The position numbers and the translations under genes are program-made. A DNA stretch of 64,000 nt from Candidatus Omnitrophota bacterium (lineage in GTDB: Bacteria > Omnitrophota > Gorgyraeia > Zapsychrales > Fredricksoniimonadaceae). Positions 9,041 to 17,064 of the stretch are shown here, in pieces. Numbering within the stretch: position 1 is the stretch's first letter; each line of letters opens with the position of its first letter. The stretch lies in NCBI GenBank assembly GCA_015233335.1, contig JADFXX010000008.1, positions 11,798 to 75,797 on the forward strand, read 5' to 3'. The notes beneath the pieces were generated by a model, which did not search any database, was not told the DNA's origin, and saw only the letters and a program-made list of their open reading frames with translations.

Positions 9041-9796
9041 ATGGCTGGGCGTCCTTGTGATCCGGCTGACCGGATCACAAGGACAATAGTGTTTATGGCC
9101 AATCATATTCAAAATATCCTTTTAAAAGGATCATTATTGGAAGTCCTGATAGCTGTCTGTTTTGCGGGGGCAGTTGCTTCCTTAAGTTCCTGCACTATTG
9201 TGCGTCTTCCGGTGCTGTTAGGGCTTGTCAGTACAACCGGTCAATCCAAGCACAGAGGTTTTTTACTTTCTATTGCTTTTTCTTGCGGTCTTATCATCAG
9301 TTACACCTTGATCGGCATGATTTTCGGGGCAATCGCACATATTGCTTCAAGGCTTATTAGTATCAGCATGTATTTGTATCTTTTTTTAGGGTTTGTCATG
9401 CTCCTCGGAGGGTTATTTTTTGCCGGTCTAATCCCTTTTTTGACCGGAGAACTGAATCGGCAGTGTGAGAAAGCAGTGAGGAAGGTCAAAACGCTTCCGT
9501 CGGCATTGATCTTCGGGATGTTATTTGCTTTTTTGGAGATGCCGGCCTGTCCTTGTTGCGGCGCCGTATTGCTTCTCATTGCCAGTTTGATCGCGATCAA
9601 AGGGTCTTTGTTCTATTCGGGAACAGTATTTTTTAGTTTTGCTTTAGGTCAGAGTTTTCCGATCCTAGTGATGGGTTTTTCCACAAGCGTATTAAAGCAT
9701 GTCTTACCTAAAACCCAGCACTTGGAAGGGATGATCAGTTTTCTAGTAGGTAATATTATCATTGTGTCGGGCGTATTTTTAATCATGCTCTCTTGA
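9041..9796 (+). CDS. DsbD_2/CcdA-like polytopic membrane protein with intramembrane CPCC motif (possible metal or thiol handling)
   Basis: Six or more TM helices, Cys in TM1 (LSSCTIV), and EMPACPCCG inside a TM helix. The start may instead be the internal ATG (MANHIQ). Confidence 0.5.
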   Translation: MAGRPCDPADRITRTIVFMANHIQNILLKGSLLEVLIAVCFAGAVASLSSCTIVRLPVLLGLVSTTGQSKHRGFLLSIAFSCGLIISYTLIGMIFGAIAHIASRLISISMYLYLFLGFVMLLGGLFFAGLIPFLTGELNRQCEKAVRKVKTLPSALIFGMLFAFLEMPACPCCGAVLLLIASLIAIKGSLFYSGTVFFSFALGQSFPILVMGFSTSVLKHVLPKTQHLEGMISFLVGNIIIVSGVFLIMLS

Positions 9797-10437
9797 AGGA
9801 TATGGAACATCATTCCGATCAGCGTCATCATGGCCATGGCCAAGATTGCAGCCATAGACACCCCAGTTTCGCTACTCGATGGTTATTGAGCGTATTGATG
9901 GTGGGAGTGATCTTGATTTCTTTGCGGTCTTTTCTGATAGGGCAGATGTTTGTCAGGCTGACGTCTTATTCTGCGTATTCCTATTATAATGACGCCATTC
10001 GTATATGTAAGAAAATTATTGCGATCGACCCGGGTAATAAACAAGCTTGGACGGCTCTGGGGTTTTCCTATATGGACGAGGCTCATGTGGATGGGGCTAT
10101 CAGGGCATTTGGGAAGGTCCTCGAACTTAATCCCCATGATCAAGGAGCGGCCTCCTTCGAGTTGGGCCAAGCTTATTTTTTGAAAAAGGATTACGTCCGC
10201 GCCATTGATTATTTTAAACGTGTCAGAGGCCGGGGGCCTCGCGCCGGAGTTCTGTTAGATGCGGACATTCTTAGATACCGACATGGTGTATCGGGATTTC
10301 AAAGTGTGCACAGCATGCGAATTTTACTGGGCATGCTGATCAAGTGTTATCAACAGACAGGAGACACATTAAAGGCCGCTGAGGTCCAAAAGGAATATGA
10401 TTTTTATAAAAATGAGCATAAAAAAATATTATTTTAA
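9793..10437 (+). CDS. TPR-repeat protein with His-rich N-terminus and a TM anchor
   Basis: N-terminus MKDMEHHSDQRHHGHGQDCSHRHP, then a TM helix and TPR repeats (AWTALGFSYMDEAHVDGAIRAFGKVLELNP...). Confidence 0.6.
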   Translation: MKDMEHHSDQRHHGHGQDCSHRHPSFATRWLLSVLMVGVILISLRSFLIGQMFVRLTSYSAYSYYNDAIRICKKIIAIDPGNKQAWTALGFSYMDEAHVDGAIRAFGKVLELNPHDQGAASFELGQAYFLKKDYVRAIDYFKRVRGRGPRAGVLLDADILRYRHGVSGFQSVHSMRILLGMLIKCYQQTGDTLKAAEVQKEYDFYKNEHKKILF

Positions 10438-10445
10438 TCTAAAAA

Positions 10446-10546
10446 GTGTCATTGCGATCGTCATTTTCAGTGTCAAAATGTCTTATTGCTTCGCAATCAC
10501 AGGGTTGTGTCATTGCGAGCCCTTTTATTGGGCAAAGCAATCTTTT
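10446..10546. repeat. Palindromic repeat family A copy (GTCATTGCGA.. / ..AAGCAATC, two half-units)
   Basis: The sequence gtgtcattgcgatcg...attgcttcgcaatcac...gtgtcattgcgagccc...gcaaagcaatctttt lies directly upstream of the znuA-like signal peptide. Confidence 0.8.
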
Positions 10547-11428
10547 AGAAATATCGGACTATTAGGCTTGTTTTTTGTGTTTTTCACTGTAACGCCGGCA
10601 CATGCAGATAAGATCAAAGCTGTTGCAACCTTCAGTGTTATCGCTGATATGGTTCGCCATGTTGCCGGGGACTCTATTGATTTGCTCGTTCTGGTCGGCC
10701 CCAATGCCGATGCCCATGAATATGAGCCGGTTCCCGCGGACTCCGTTCACATTTCCAAAGCGGATATTATTTTTGAGAATGGCTTACACTTAGAGCATTG
10801 GCTTGACAAGCTTTATACGGCAAGCGGCACAAAAGCAAAACGCATTATTGTCTCCCGGGGAGTTTCTGTCCGGACCATGGGGGATAATCCTCAGGAATCC
10901 GATCCGCATGCTTGGCAGGATGTCACTAATGTTATCCTTTACGCCCAAAATATTTGTGATGCGCTTGTGGTTCTCGACCCTGTGAACAGGGTGAAATATG
11001 AGGCCCAAACTAAGGATTACGTCAAACAACTGCAAGCATTGGATGGCTGGGTTAAAGCTCAGGTTGCTCTTATCTCCGTAGAAAAGCGTAAATTAGTCAC
11101 TAATCATGATGCTCTAGGGTATTTTGCCCGACGTTATGGTTTTCAAATCATTGGGGCTGTTATACCCTCTGCAACAACTGAAGCGGCAGATCCCTCTGCC
11201 TTGCAAACCGCCCAATTATTAGATATTATTAAAAAGAACAACGTGCGTGCTATATTCTCGGAAAACATGGCTAATCTTAAATTAGCCCAGACCCTTTCAA
11301 AAGAAGCAGGTGTTGCCGTTGGCCCTGAATTATACACAGATGCTTTAGGGGTGATTGGTAGTGATGCCCAGACGTATATTCAAATGATCAAACATAATGT
11401 TAAGATTTTTGTTGAGTATTTAAAATGA
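10478..11428 (+). CDS. znuA: Metal (Zn/Mn) ABC transporter periplasmic substrate-binding protein, ZnuA/TroA family
   Basis: Signal peptide ending TPAHA, then IKAVATFSVIADMVRHVAGD. TroA-fold family protein followed by the ATPase and permease. The start is uncertain: the table ORF begins at 10397 and reads through repeat A; the in-frame ATG at 10478 is preferred here. Confidence 0.75.
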   Translation: MSYCFAITGLCHCEPFYWAKQSFRNIGLLGLFFVFFTVTPAHADKIKAVATFSVIADMVRHVAGDSIDLLVLVGPNADAHEYEPVPADSVHISKADIIFENGLHLEHWLDKLYTASGTKAKRIIVSRGVSVRTMGDNPQESDPHAWQDVTNVILYAQNICDALVVLDPVNRVKYEAQTKDYVKQLQALDGWVKAQVALISVEKRKLVTNHDALGYFARRYGFQIIGAVIPSATTEAADPSALQTAQLLDIIKKNNVRAIFSENMANLKLAQTLSKEAGVAVGPELYTDALGVIGSDAQTYIQMIKHNVKIFVEYLK

Positions 11429-12177
11429 AATTCCCTTATTGTTCACACAGCCATAGTCATCCTGATCCTCACGCGCCGGCACTGGAAATCAAGGGCCTCG
11501 GAGTTTCCTATTTATCAGAGGGAAAATTTGCCCTTAAAGATTTTGATATCAGCATCAAGGCAGGTTCGGCCATGGCCTTGGTTGGGCCCAACGGTGCGGG
11601 GAAATCCACATTATTTAAAGCTATCTGCGGTCTTTTGCCTGTTCGTTGCGGGACTATCCGTGTTTTTGGTTTTCCATTGGGGGCGTGTCACAATAGGGTG
11701 GTTTTTTTGCCCCAGCGCAGTGAGATCGACTGGCAATTTCCTCTGAGTGTCTTGGACTTTGTGACTATGGGGCGGTATGTTTATTTGGGTTGGTTTTTCC
11801 CTTGTACAAAGAAAGATATCAATATTGCCCGTGATGCTTTAAAAGAAATGAACGTGCTGGATTTAGCACATCGACAGATCAGTCAATTGTCCGGAGGCCA
11901 GCAGCAAAGGGTGTTGATCGCTCGCGCCCTGACCCAAAACGCGGATTTGCTTTTACTCGATGAGCCTCTTAATGCGGTTGACGTGACCACCCGCCAGACG
12001 GTGGGGGAGGTTTTACAAAAAATTAAGGCCCAAGGAAAGACAGTTATTGTAGCGACCCATTATTACGATCATGAAGAGGGGCGTTACGATGGGGCTATTT
12101 ATTTAAAAGACGGCAAACAGATCAGTGGTACAAAAGATCAACAAGGTCCTGAAGACTTAGGATGTGATTGCCCATGA
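11425..12177 (+). CDS. znuC: Metal ABC transporter ATP-binding protein
   Basis: Walker A GPNGAGKST, signature LSGGQQQR, Walker B LLLLDEP. His-rich N-terminus SHSHSHPDPH. Confidence 0.9.
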   Translation: MKFPYCSHSHSHPDPHAPALEIKGLGVSYLSEGKFALKDFDISIKAGSAMALVGPNGAGKSTLFKAICGLLPVRCGTIRVFGFPLGACHNRVVFLPQRSEIDWQFPLSVLDFVTMGRYVYLGWFFPCTKKDINIARDALKEMNVLDLAHRQISQLSGGQQQRVLIARALTQNADLLLLDEPLNAVDVTTRQTVGEVLQKIKAQGKTVIVATHYYDHEEGRYDGAIYLKDGKQISGTKDQQGPEDLGCDCP

Positions 12178-13007
12178 TTCATTATCTTACTGACCCATTT
12201 CAATATTTGTTTATCGAACGTGCCATGATCGGTGCCGTTGTCATCGGTATTCTTTGCGCGGCATTGGGCACTTTTATAGTTTTAAGGCGGATGGCTGTCG
12301 TAGGGCATGCGCTGACGCATAGTGCTTTGCCGGGTCTCGTGGTCGCTTTTTTAATGGGGGGGAGTCTTTTTGCCGGGGCATTGACCGCCACCGTATTGAC
12401 GGCCTTTGGCATTGGTTTTCTAGCCCGTGATGAATCTGTCTATGAAGACACCTTAGTCGGCATGATCCCGAATGTCATGTTTGCTTTCGGCATTTTATTG
12501 ATCAGTACGACCAAATCATTCAGGGACCTGTTTTCCATGTTATTCGGCAACATTCTCGGGATCACTGATGGGGACTTACATTTGATCTTGCTTATTGCAG
12601 CGGTTGTGCTTGTTGCCCTGTTTTTATTTTATAAGGAGCTTAAATTATTTTCCGTTGATCCTAATTATGCCAAAACGATCGGCATGCCGGTTAATGCCAT
12701 ACGTTACGGGTTATTACTATTTTTATCTTTAACCGTAGTTGTGGGTATTCAGGCTGTAGGGACTGTTTTAACCAATGCTCTTTTGGTTGTTCCAGTGGCG
12801 TCTGCCCGTCTTTTGACGGACCGCTTGGGGCGCATGATCACATTATCCTGTATTTTTGCGGTATTATCTGCTGTGGGGGGAGTCTATGCTTCCTATTATT
12901 TGGGGACAGCTTCAGGGGCCTCGATCGTGATGTTTTGTTCTTTGATTTTCGCGCTTGCGTGGGTTTTTAAATTTGTTAAGAGCGCGTGTTTGAGGAAGGG
13001 GTCTTAA
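12168..13007 (+). CDS. znuB: Metal ABC transporter permease
   Basis: 279-aa polytopic ABC-3 family permease (ZnuB/TroC-like). Overlaps znuC by 10 nt. Confidence 0.9.
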   Translation: MPMIHYLTDPFQYLFIERAMIGAVVIGILCAALGTFIVLRRMAVVGHALTHSALPGLVVAFLMGGSLFAGALTATVLTAFGIGFLARDESVYEDTLVGMIPNVMFAFGILLISTTKSFRDLFSMLFGNILGITDGDLHLILLIAAVVLVALFLFYKELKLFSVDPNYAKTIGMPVNAIRYGLLLFLSLTVVVGIQAVGTVLTNALLVVPVASARLLTDRLGRMITLSCIFAVLSAVGGVYASYYLGTASGASIVMFCSLIFALAWVFKFVKSACLRKGS

Positions 13008-13576
13008 TGCGTTGGATTTTGATATGCGTGTGTATACTTCTGGCCGCACGACCGGCACCGGCTTGGACCCAAAATCAGCCTAAGCTTGGGGCGGCTCCTT
13101 TGAAATTTTCGAGGAATAAAATTGACTATGAGGTTGTTTCTTTTGAAAGTTTATATTTTGATTATAAACCTCCGGTGGATGTCGAACATCCAGATGGGAA
13201 TATTACCAAAGGGACAAAGGTGCCGATGCCTATTCCTGGTAATATTCAAGCATTGAATGGGAAGAAGGTCGCTATTAAAGGTTTTGTCATACCGTTAGCC
13301 AACTCTGAAGGTCAGAGCATTAAAGAGTTTTTATTTGCGGACCAGTTAGTCAGCTGTTTATTTTGCGCCATGTTAGGATACGATCAATGGATGGTTGGAA
13401 CAGTCGTGGATCCTAAGGGTTTTCAGATTAAAGAAGATGAGTTTGAAGAGCCTATCATCATATTCGGCACTTTAGAGGTCGGTCCAAAATTTGAAGACGG
13501 TGAATTTATCGGCCTATACCGCATTAAAGCAGATGGTTTCGAACCGGGCCGAAAGAAGTTCTTGGGGGTCTTATAG
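13007..13576 (+). CDS. Secreted hypothetical protein downstream of znuB
   Basis: GAGGAAGGGG ribosome-binding site. The ATG overlaps the znuB stop (TAATG). Signal peptide MRWILICVCILLAARPAPAWT. The table ORF starts 21 nt earlier in the same frame. Confidence 0.5.
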   Translation: MRWILICVCILLAARPAPAWTQNQPKLGAAPLKFSRNKIDYEVVSFESLYFDYKPPVDVEHPDGNITKGTKVPMPIPGNIQALNGKKVAIKGFVIPLANSEGQSIKEFLFADQLVSCLFCAMLGYDQWMVGTVVDPKGFQIKEDEFEEPIIIFGTLEVGPKFEDGEFIGLYRIKADGFEPGRKKFLGVL

Positions 13577-13578
13577 CT

Positions 13579-13833
13579 ATGGGCCGGATCAAATTAGATT
13601 TACATGATATTTATAATCGAGGCCGTTCGATTGACGCTGAACTAGGCCGTGTAATCCGCGAAGCGGTAGAGCACGGCATCCCTTTAGTTGAAATCATTCC
13701 GGGCAAGGGCAGCGGTCAGCTAAAGAAACACGTTTTACGTTTTTTAGAACAGAAAGACATTAAAGCGTTGTATCACCGTATTGAGAAAGATGACAAGAAT
13801 TTTGGCAGAATATTTGTCCACTTTAAAAAATAG
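13579..13833 (+). CDS. Smr-domain protein
   Basis: 84 aa with LDLHD...HGIPLVEIIPGKGSG.L, matching the Smr (small MutS-related) domain signature. Confidence 0.7.
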   Translation: MGRIKLDLHDIYNRGRSIDAELGRVIREAVEHGIPLVEIIPGKGSGQLKKHVLRFLEQKDIKALYHRIEKDDKNFGRIFVHFKK

Positions 13834-13948
13834 GGGGGCACTCTTTTTTTATTGCTCTTTTTGGGTTATATGGGTAGAATAGCCAATATGCCTGGAAATC
13901 GTCGGCATGATCATTTGAATTTGACAGATTAATTTAGGGAGGTATGAA

Positions 13949-14749
13949 GTGGCTGAAACCGTATTGAATCAGCAGGAGTCCAAGGTTGATCCTATCCTGG
14001 ATACACACGCGCAAAATATCCGTTTAAAAAGAATTATAGGCATTATTCTTTCTTTAATCTTGATTGGATTGGCCGCGTTTGTGTTTTATCTACAGAATCA
14101 AAATTCTGATATCCTTTCCCAGACAACCGATTTATCATTGAATGCCAATGTGCATGCCGCTTCTAATTATAGGAGCTATGTCCGTCATTACAAAGAAACC
14201 AAGATCCAATTGGATGAAACCACCCGAAAACTCGAAGAGGTCAACCGTCAGCTGGATCAGGTCACTTCTGAATTAACATCAACCAAAGGCATGCTTATTC
14301 AGACACAGGGCATGCTGACCCAGGCGCAGGATGAAAATAGCAAGTTAAAAGAGCAATTAAAAGGTTTGGAAGACTTGCGTAATACAGAAGGCGTGAAAAA
14401 TATAGGTGAACTGCAAGCCAGAATCACCAATTTAAAAGAAAAAGATTCTCAGATCAGCACCCAGCTAGCAGAATTAAAGAACCAGCTGCGCGCTTTTGAG
14501 GGAGAATTTTCCAATTTGGACGAAGGCCAGTCTTTGGTCGTGCTTTTTCAGAACAAGATCAAACTAGTAAAAAGCCGTATGCGCTATTTGAATCAGGAAG
14601 CTTATTTTACCAAGATCGCGGCCCAAAAAGAAAAAGACCGTTTGGCTATTTTAAACGGTAATAATGGTTTCATTGTCCGTAGCGGTCAGTTACAGAATCC
14701 CAGCAGTACCAAGAAATCATTTGCCATTGATGTTAAAATCGTCCAGTAA
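13949..14749 (+). CDS. Membrane-anchored coiled-coil protein (probable GTG start)
   Basis: One TM helix (IIGIILSLILIGLAAFVFYL), then a long coiled coil rich in Q/L/E/K. Followed by a terminator. Confidence 0.5.
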   Translation: MAETVLNQQESKVDPILDTHAQNIRLKRIIGIILSLILIGLAAFVFYLQNQNSDILSQTTDLSLNANVHAASNYRSYVRHYKETKIQLDETTRKLEEVNRQLDQVTSELTSTKGMLIQTQGMLTQAQDENSKLKEQLKGLEDLRNTEGVKNIGELQARITNLKEKDSQISTQLAELKNQLRAFEGEFSNLDEGQSLVVLFQNKIKLVKSRMRYLNQEAYFTKIAAQKEKDRLAILNGNNGFIVRSGQLQNPSSTKKSFAIDVKIVQ

Positions 14750-14773
14750 TTAGATATAATCAAGAAATTTAAG

Positions 14774-14806
14774 GGACGTATGGAGTATCATACGTCCTTT
14801 TTTTTT
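14774..14806 (+). terminator. Rho-independent terminator
   Basis: GGACGTA-tggagtatca-TACGTCC followed by T9. Confidence 0.6.
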
Positions 14807-15028
14807 ATGAAAATCCAGATCAAGGTTATTACCAATGCGAAAAGGACAATGTGGAAAGATGAGGATGGGAACATCAAGGTTTATCTGACCGCGCGCCCGA
14901 TCGATGGTCAGGCCAATGAGGCTTTGATTGATTTTTTAGCAGAGCATTGGGGGGTCAAAAAATCGGCTATCCAGATCGTAAAAGGGTTGAAATCTCATTA
15001 TAAAGTAGTTAATATATTAGGAATTTAA
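14807..15028 (+). CDS. DUF167/YggU family protein
   Basis: Motif ARPIDGQANEALIDFLAEHWGVKKSAIQIVKGLKSHYKVVNI. The start is taken at the ATG after the terminator T-run; the table ORF 14780 reads through the hairpin. Confidence 0.7.
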   Translation: MKIQIKVITNAKRTMWKDEDGNIKVYLTARPIDGQANEALIDFLAEHWGVKKSAIQIVKGLKSHYKVVNILGI

Positions 15029-15047
15029 TTTTAAGAAGGAGCGGGTT

Positions 15048-15500
15048 ATGTCTTTGGAAGATAAAATCGGACAGGATTATGTATCGGCGATGAAGGCCCG
15101 GGATTCTTTTCTCTCATCAGTATTGAGTTTTTTACGCGCGCAGATCAAGAATGTCAAAGTGGATCGTCGTCTGGAAGCCCTTCCTGATGAGGAAGTCATT
15201 GCTGTGATCAAAAAACAGGCTAAACAGCGGCAGGATTCGATCAGTCAATTCAAATCCGGCGGCCGCACGGATTTAGCCGAAAAGGAAGAAAAAGAGCTGG
15301 TTATTTTAAAAAGCTATCTTCCGCCTGAAATGTCCCCTGAGCAGTTAAAAATGATCATAGATGAAATCATCAGCTCAAGCAATGCCACATCCATCAAAGA
15401 TATGGGGCGCGTGATGAAGGATGTTTTGGCCCGTTTAGCAGGTCAAGCGGATAATCAAACCGTCAGCGCAAGAGTCAAGGAACGTTTAAGTCAAATGTAA
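15048..15500 (+). CDS. GatB/YqeY domain protein
   Basis: 150 aa with the YqeY pattern (YVSAMKARD...LSFLRAQIKN...EKEEKELVILKSYLP). Confidence 0.85.
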   Translation: MSLEDKIGQDYVSAMKARDSFLSSVLSFLRAQIKNVKVDRRLEALPDEEVIAVIKKQAKQRQDSISQFKSGGRTDLAEKEEKELVILKSYLPPEMSPEQLKMIIDEIISSSNATSIKDMGRVMKDVLARLAGQADNQTVSARVKERLSQM

Positions 15501-15507
15501 GGGGTTT

Positions 15508-16329
15508 ATGGGGATTTTTAAAAGAATTTTATTGGGTTTGTTAATCTGTACAGTAATTTTTTGTATTGGCTTTACGCTTTGGCTGCGTGACCGTTATGTG
15601 GTTCCGATCATAACATATCATCATGTGGGCATCCCATCTGTCGGAAAATACCGTCTTAATACTGTTTCGGTTGACTCATTTAAATACCAGATGTCTTTTT
15701 TGAAGAGGCATGGTTTCGAAGTGATCAGTTTTGATGATCTTGTTGAAGGGCTGAAAAAAGGTCATACATTCGCTCGCAATACCGTTGTTATTCAATTTGA
15801 TGACGGTTATGAAGATAATTATACCTTCGCGTTTCCCATTCTAAAAAAATATAATTTGCCCGCCATGGTGTTTTTAGTATCCGACAAAATAGGCGCTCCG
15901 GGGTTTTTGACATGGGATGAGATGAGAGAAATGGAAAAGGATAATTTTATGGCAGGGGCCCATACCCGGCATCATGTTTATTTACCTGAAGTTTCTTTGG
16001 CCCAAGCGCGGGATGAAATAGCCGGCAGTAAAACAATGATCGAAGATCATCTGGGGCATCAGATCAATTATTTTGCTTATCCCTCAGGAGGGTTCAGCGT
16101 GGATATCAAGCAAATTGTCCAAGAAGCCGGCTATAAGGCGGCAGTCACGACCAACCGCGGCAAGTATTATTTTAATGAGGATCTCTATGAGCTTAAACGT
16201 ATCCGGATGAGTAATACAGATAACAGGTGGTCAGGTTTGATTATGTGGTTTAAATTATCCGGTTATTACAATTTATTCCGTGAAGCCAAGGACCCCGGAT
16301 TAAAGAAAAAACTAAAGACTGTCTATTAG
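15508..16329 (+). CDS. Polysaccharide deacetylase (NodB/CE4 family)
   Basis: N-terminal TM helix, FDDGYEDNYTFAFPILKKYNLPAMVFL, HTRHH, FAYPSGGF. Confidence 0.85.
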   Translation: MGIFKRILLGLLICTVIFCIGFTLWLRDRYVVPIITYHHVGIPSVGKYRLNTVSVDSFKYQMSFLKRHGFEVISFDDLVEGLKKGHTFARNTVVIQFDDGYEDNYTFAFPILKKYNLPAMVFLVSDKIGAPGFLTWDEMREMEKDNFMAGAHTRHHVYLPEVSLAQARDEIAGSKTMIEDHLGHQINYFAYPSGGFSVDIKQIVQEAGYKAAVTTNRGKYYFNEDLYELKRIRMSNTDNRWSGLIMWFKLSGYYNLFREAKDPGLKKKLKTVY

Positions 16330-16341
16330 AAGATTACGACT

Positions 16342-17064
16342 ATGCCAAAGGATAAGCGCAATTATTTGTTAGACGGGATCATCAAACTTTTTGAAAATGA
16401 AAGCAGGGGAATGATCGCTGACCTTGGCTGTGGGGATGGTGATTATTCCATCGCTTTGACAAACATGGGCTTTAAGGTCACGGCGTGTGATCTGGATGCA
16501 GCTCGTTTTAAGCATAAAGATAAAATTAATTTCAAGGTCTGTGATATGACCCGTCCATTGCCCTTTGAAACAGCTTCTTTTGATTATGTTATTTTAGCCG
16601 AAGTGATAGAACATTTAAGAAACCCTTATCAGGTCCTACAGGAGTTAGGCCGGATTCTTAAGCCCGGCGGAAAGATGGTCCTGTCGACCCCGAATATTTT
16701 AAGTTTAAAATCAAGGATGAGGTTCCTTTTTGAAGGATGCTGGGAATATTTTAGGGAGCCGCCTCTTGAGAATTCAAAAAACCCTAAGGCGGTCATATTT
16801 AATCTTCATTTGATTCCCTGGCGGTATCATGAGCTGGAATATTTACTCCTCGATTCTCATTTTGAGGTTCAAGCCGTGGCGACGAGTATTTATGAGTGCC
16901 GCGCCTTGGGCTTTTTAAAGCCGTTGATTGAGTTTCAGTTGAGGTCTAAAGAAGCAAGTTCCCGAAAAAAAGGCGGTCTAGATTATTCACGCATCAACAG
17001 GGTCCTGTTAACGGATGAAATCCTTTTTGGCCGGCATCTCATCGTAAAGGCAGTGAAAAAATGA
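16342..17064 (+). CDS. Class I SAM-dependent methyltransferase
   Basis: Motif I DLGCGDGDYS, KVTACDLD, post-I acidic VILAEVIEHL, KPGGKMVLSTPN. Confidence 0.85.
   Translation: MPKDKRNYLLDGIIKLFENESRGMIADLGCGDGDYSIALTNMGFKVTACDLDAARFKHKDKINFKVCDMTRPLPFETASFDYVILAEVIEHLRNPYQVLQELGRILKPGGKMVLSTPNILSLKSRMRFLFEGCWEYFREPPLENSKNPKAVIFNLHLIPWRYHELEYLLLDSHFEVQAVATSIYECRALGFLKPLIEFQLRSKEASSRKKGGLDYSRINRVLLTDEILFGRHLIVKAVKK

Noticed and set aside
10397-10477. N-terminal 27 codons of the table ORF for znuA (MIFIKMSIKKYYFNLKSVIAIVIFSVK...)
   Set aside because: This stretch reads through the repeat-A element. A start at the in-frame ATG 10478 (or later) gives a plausible signal peptide, so the extension is probably not translated.
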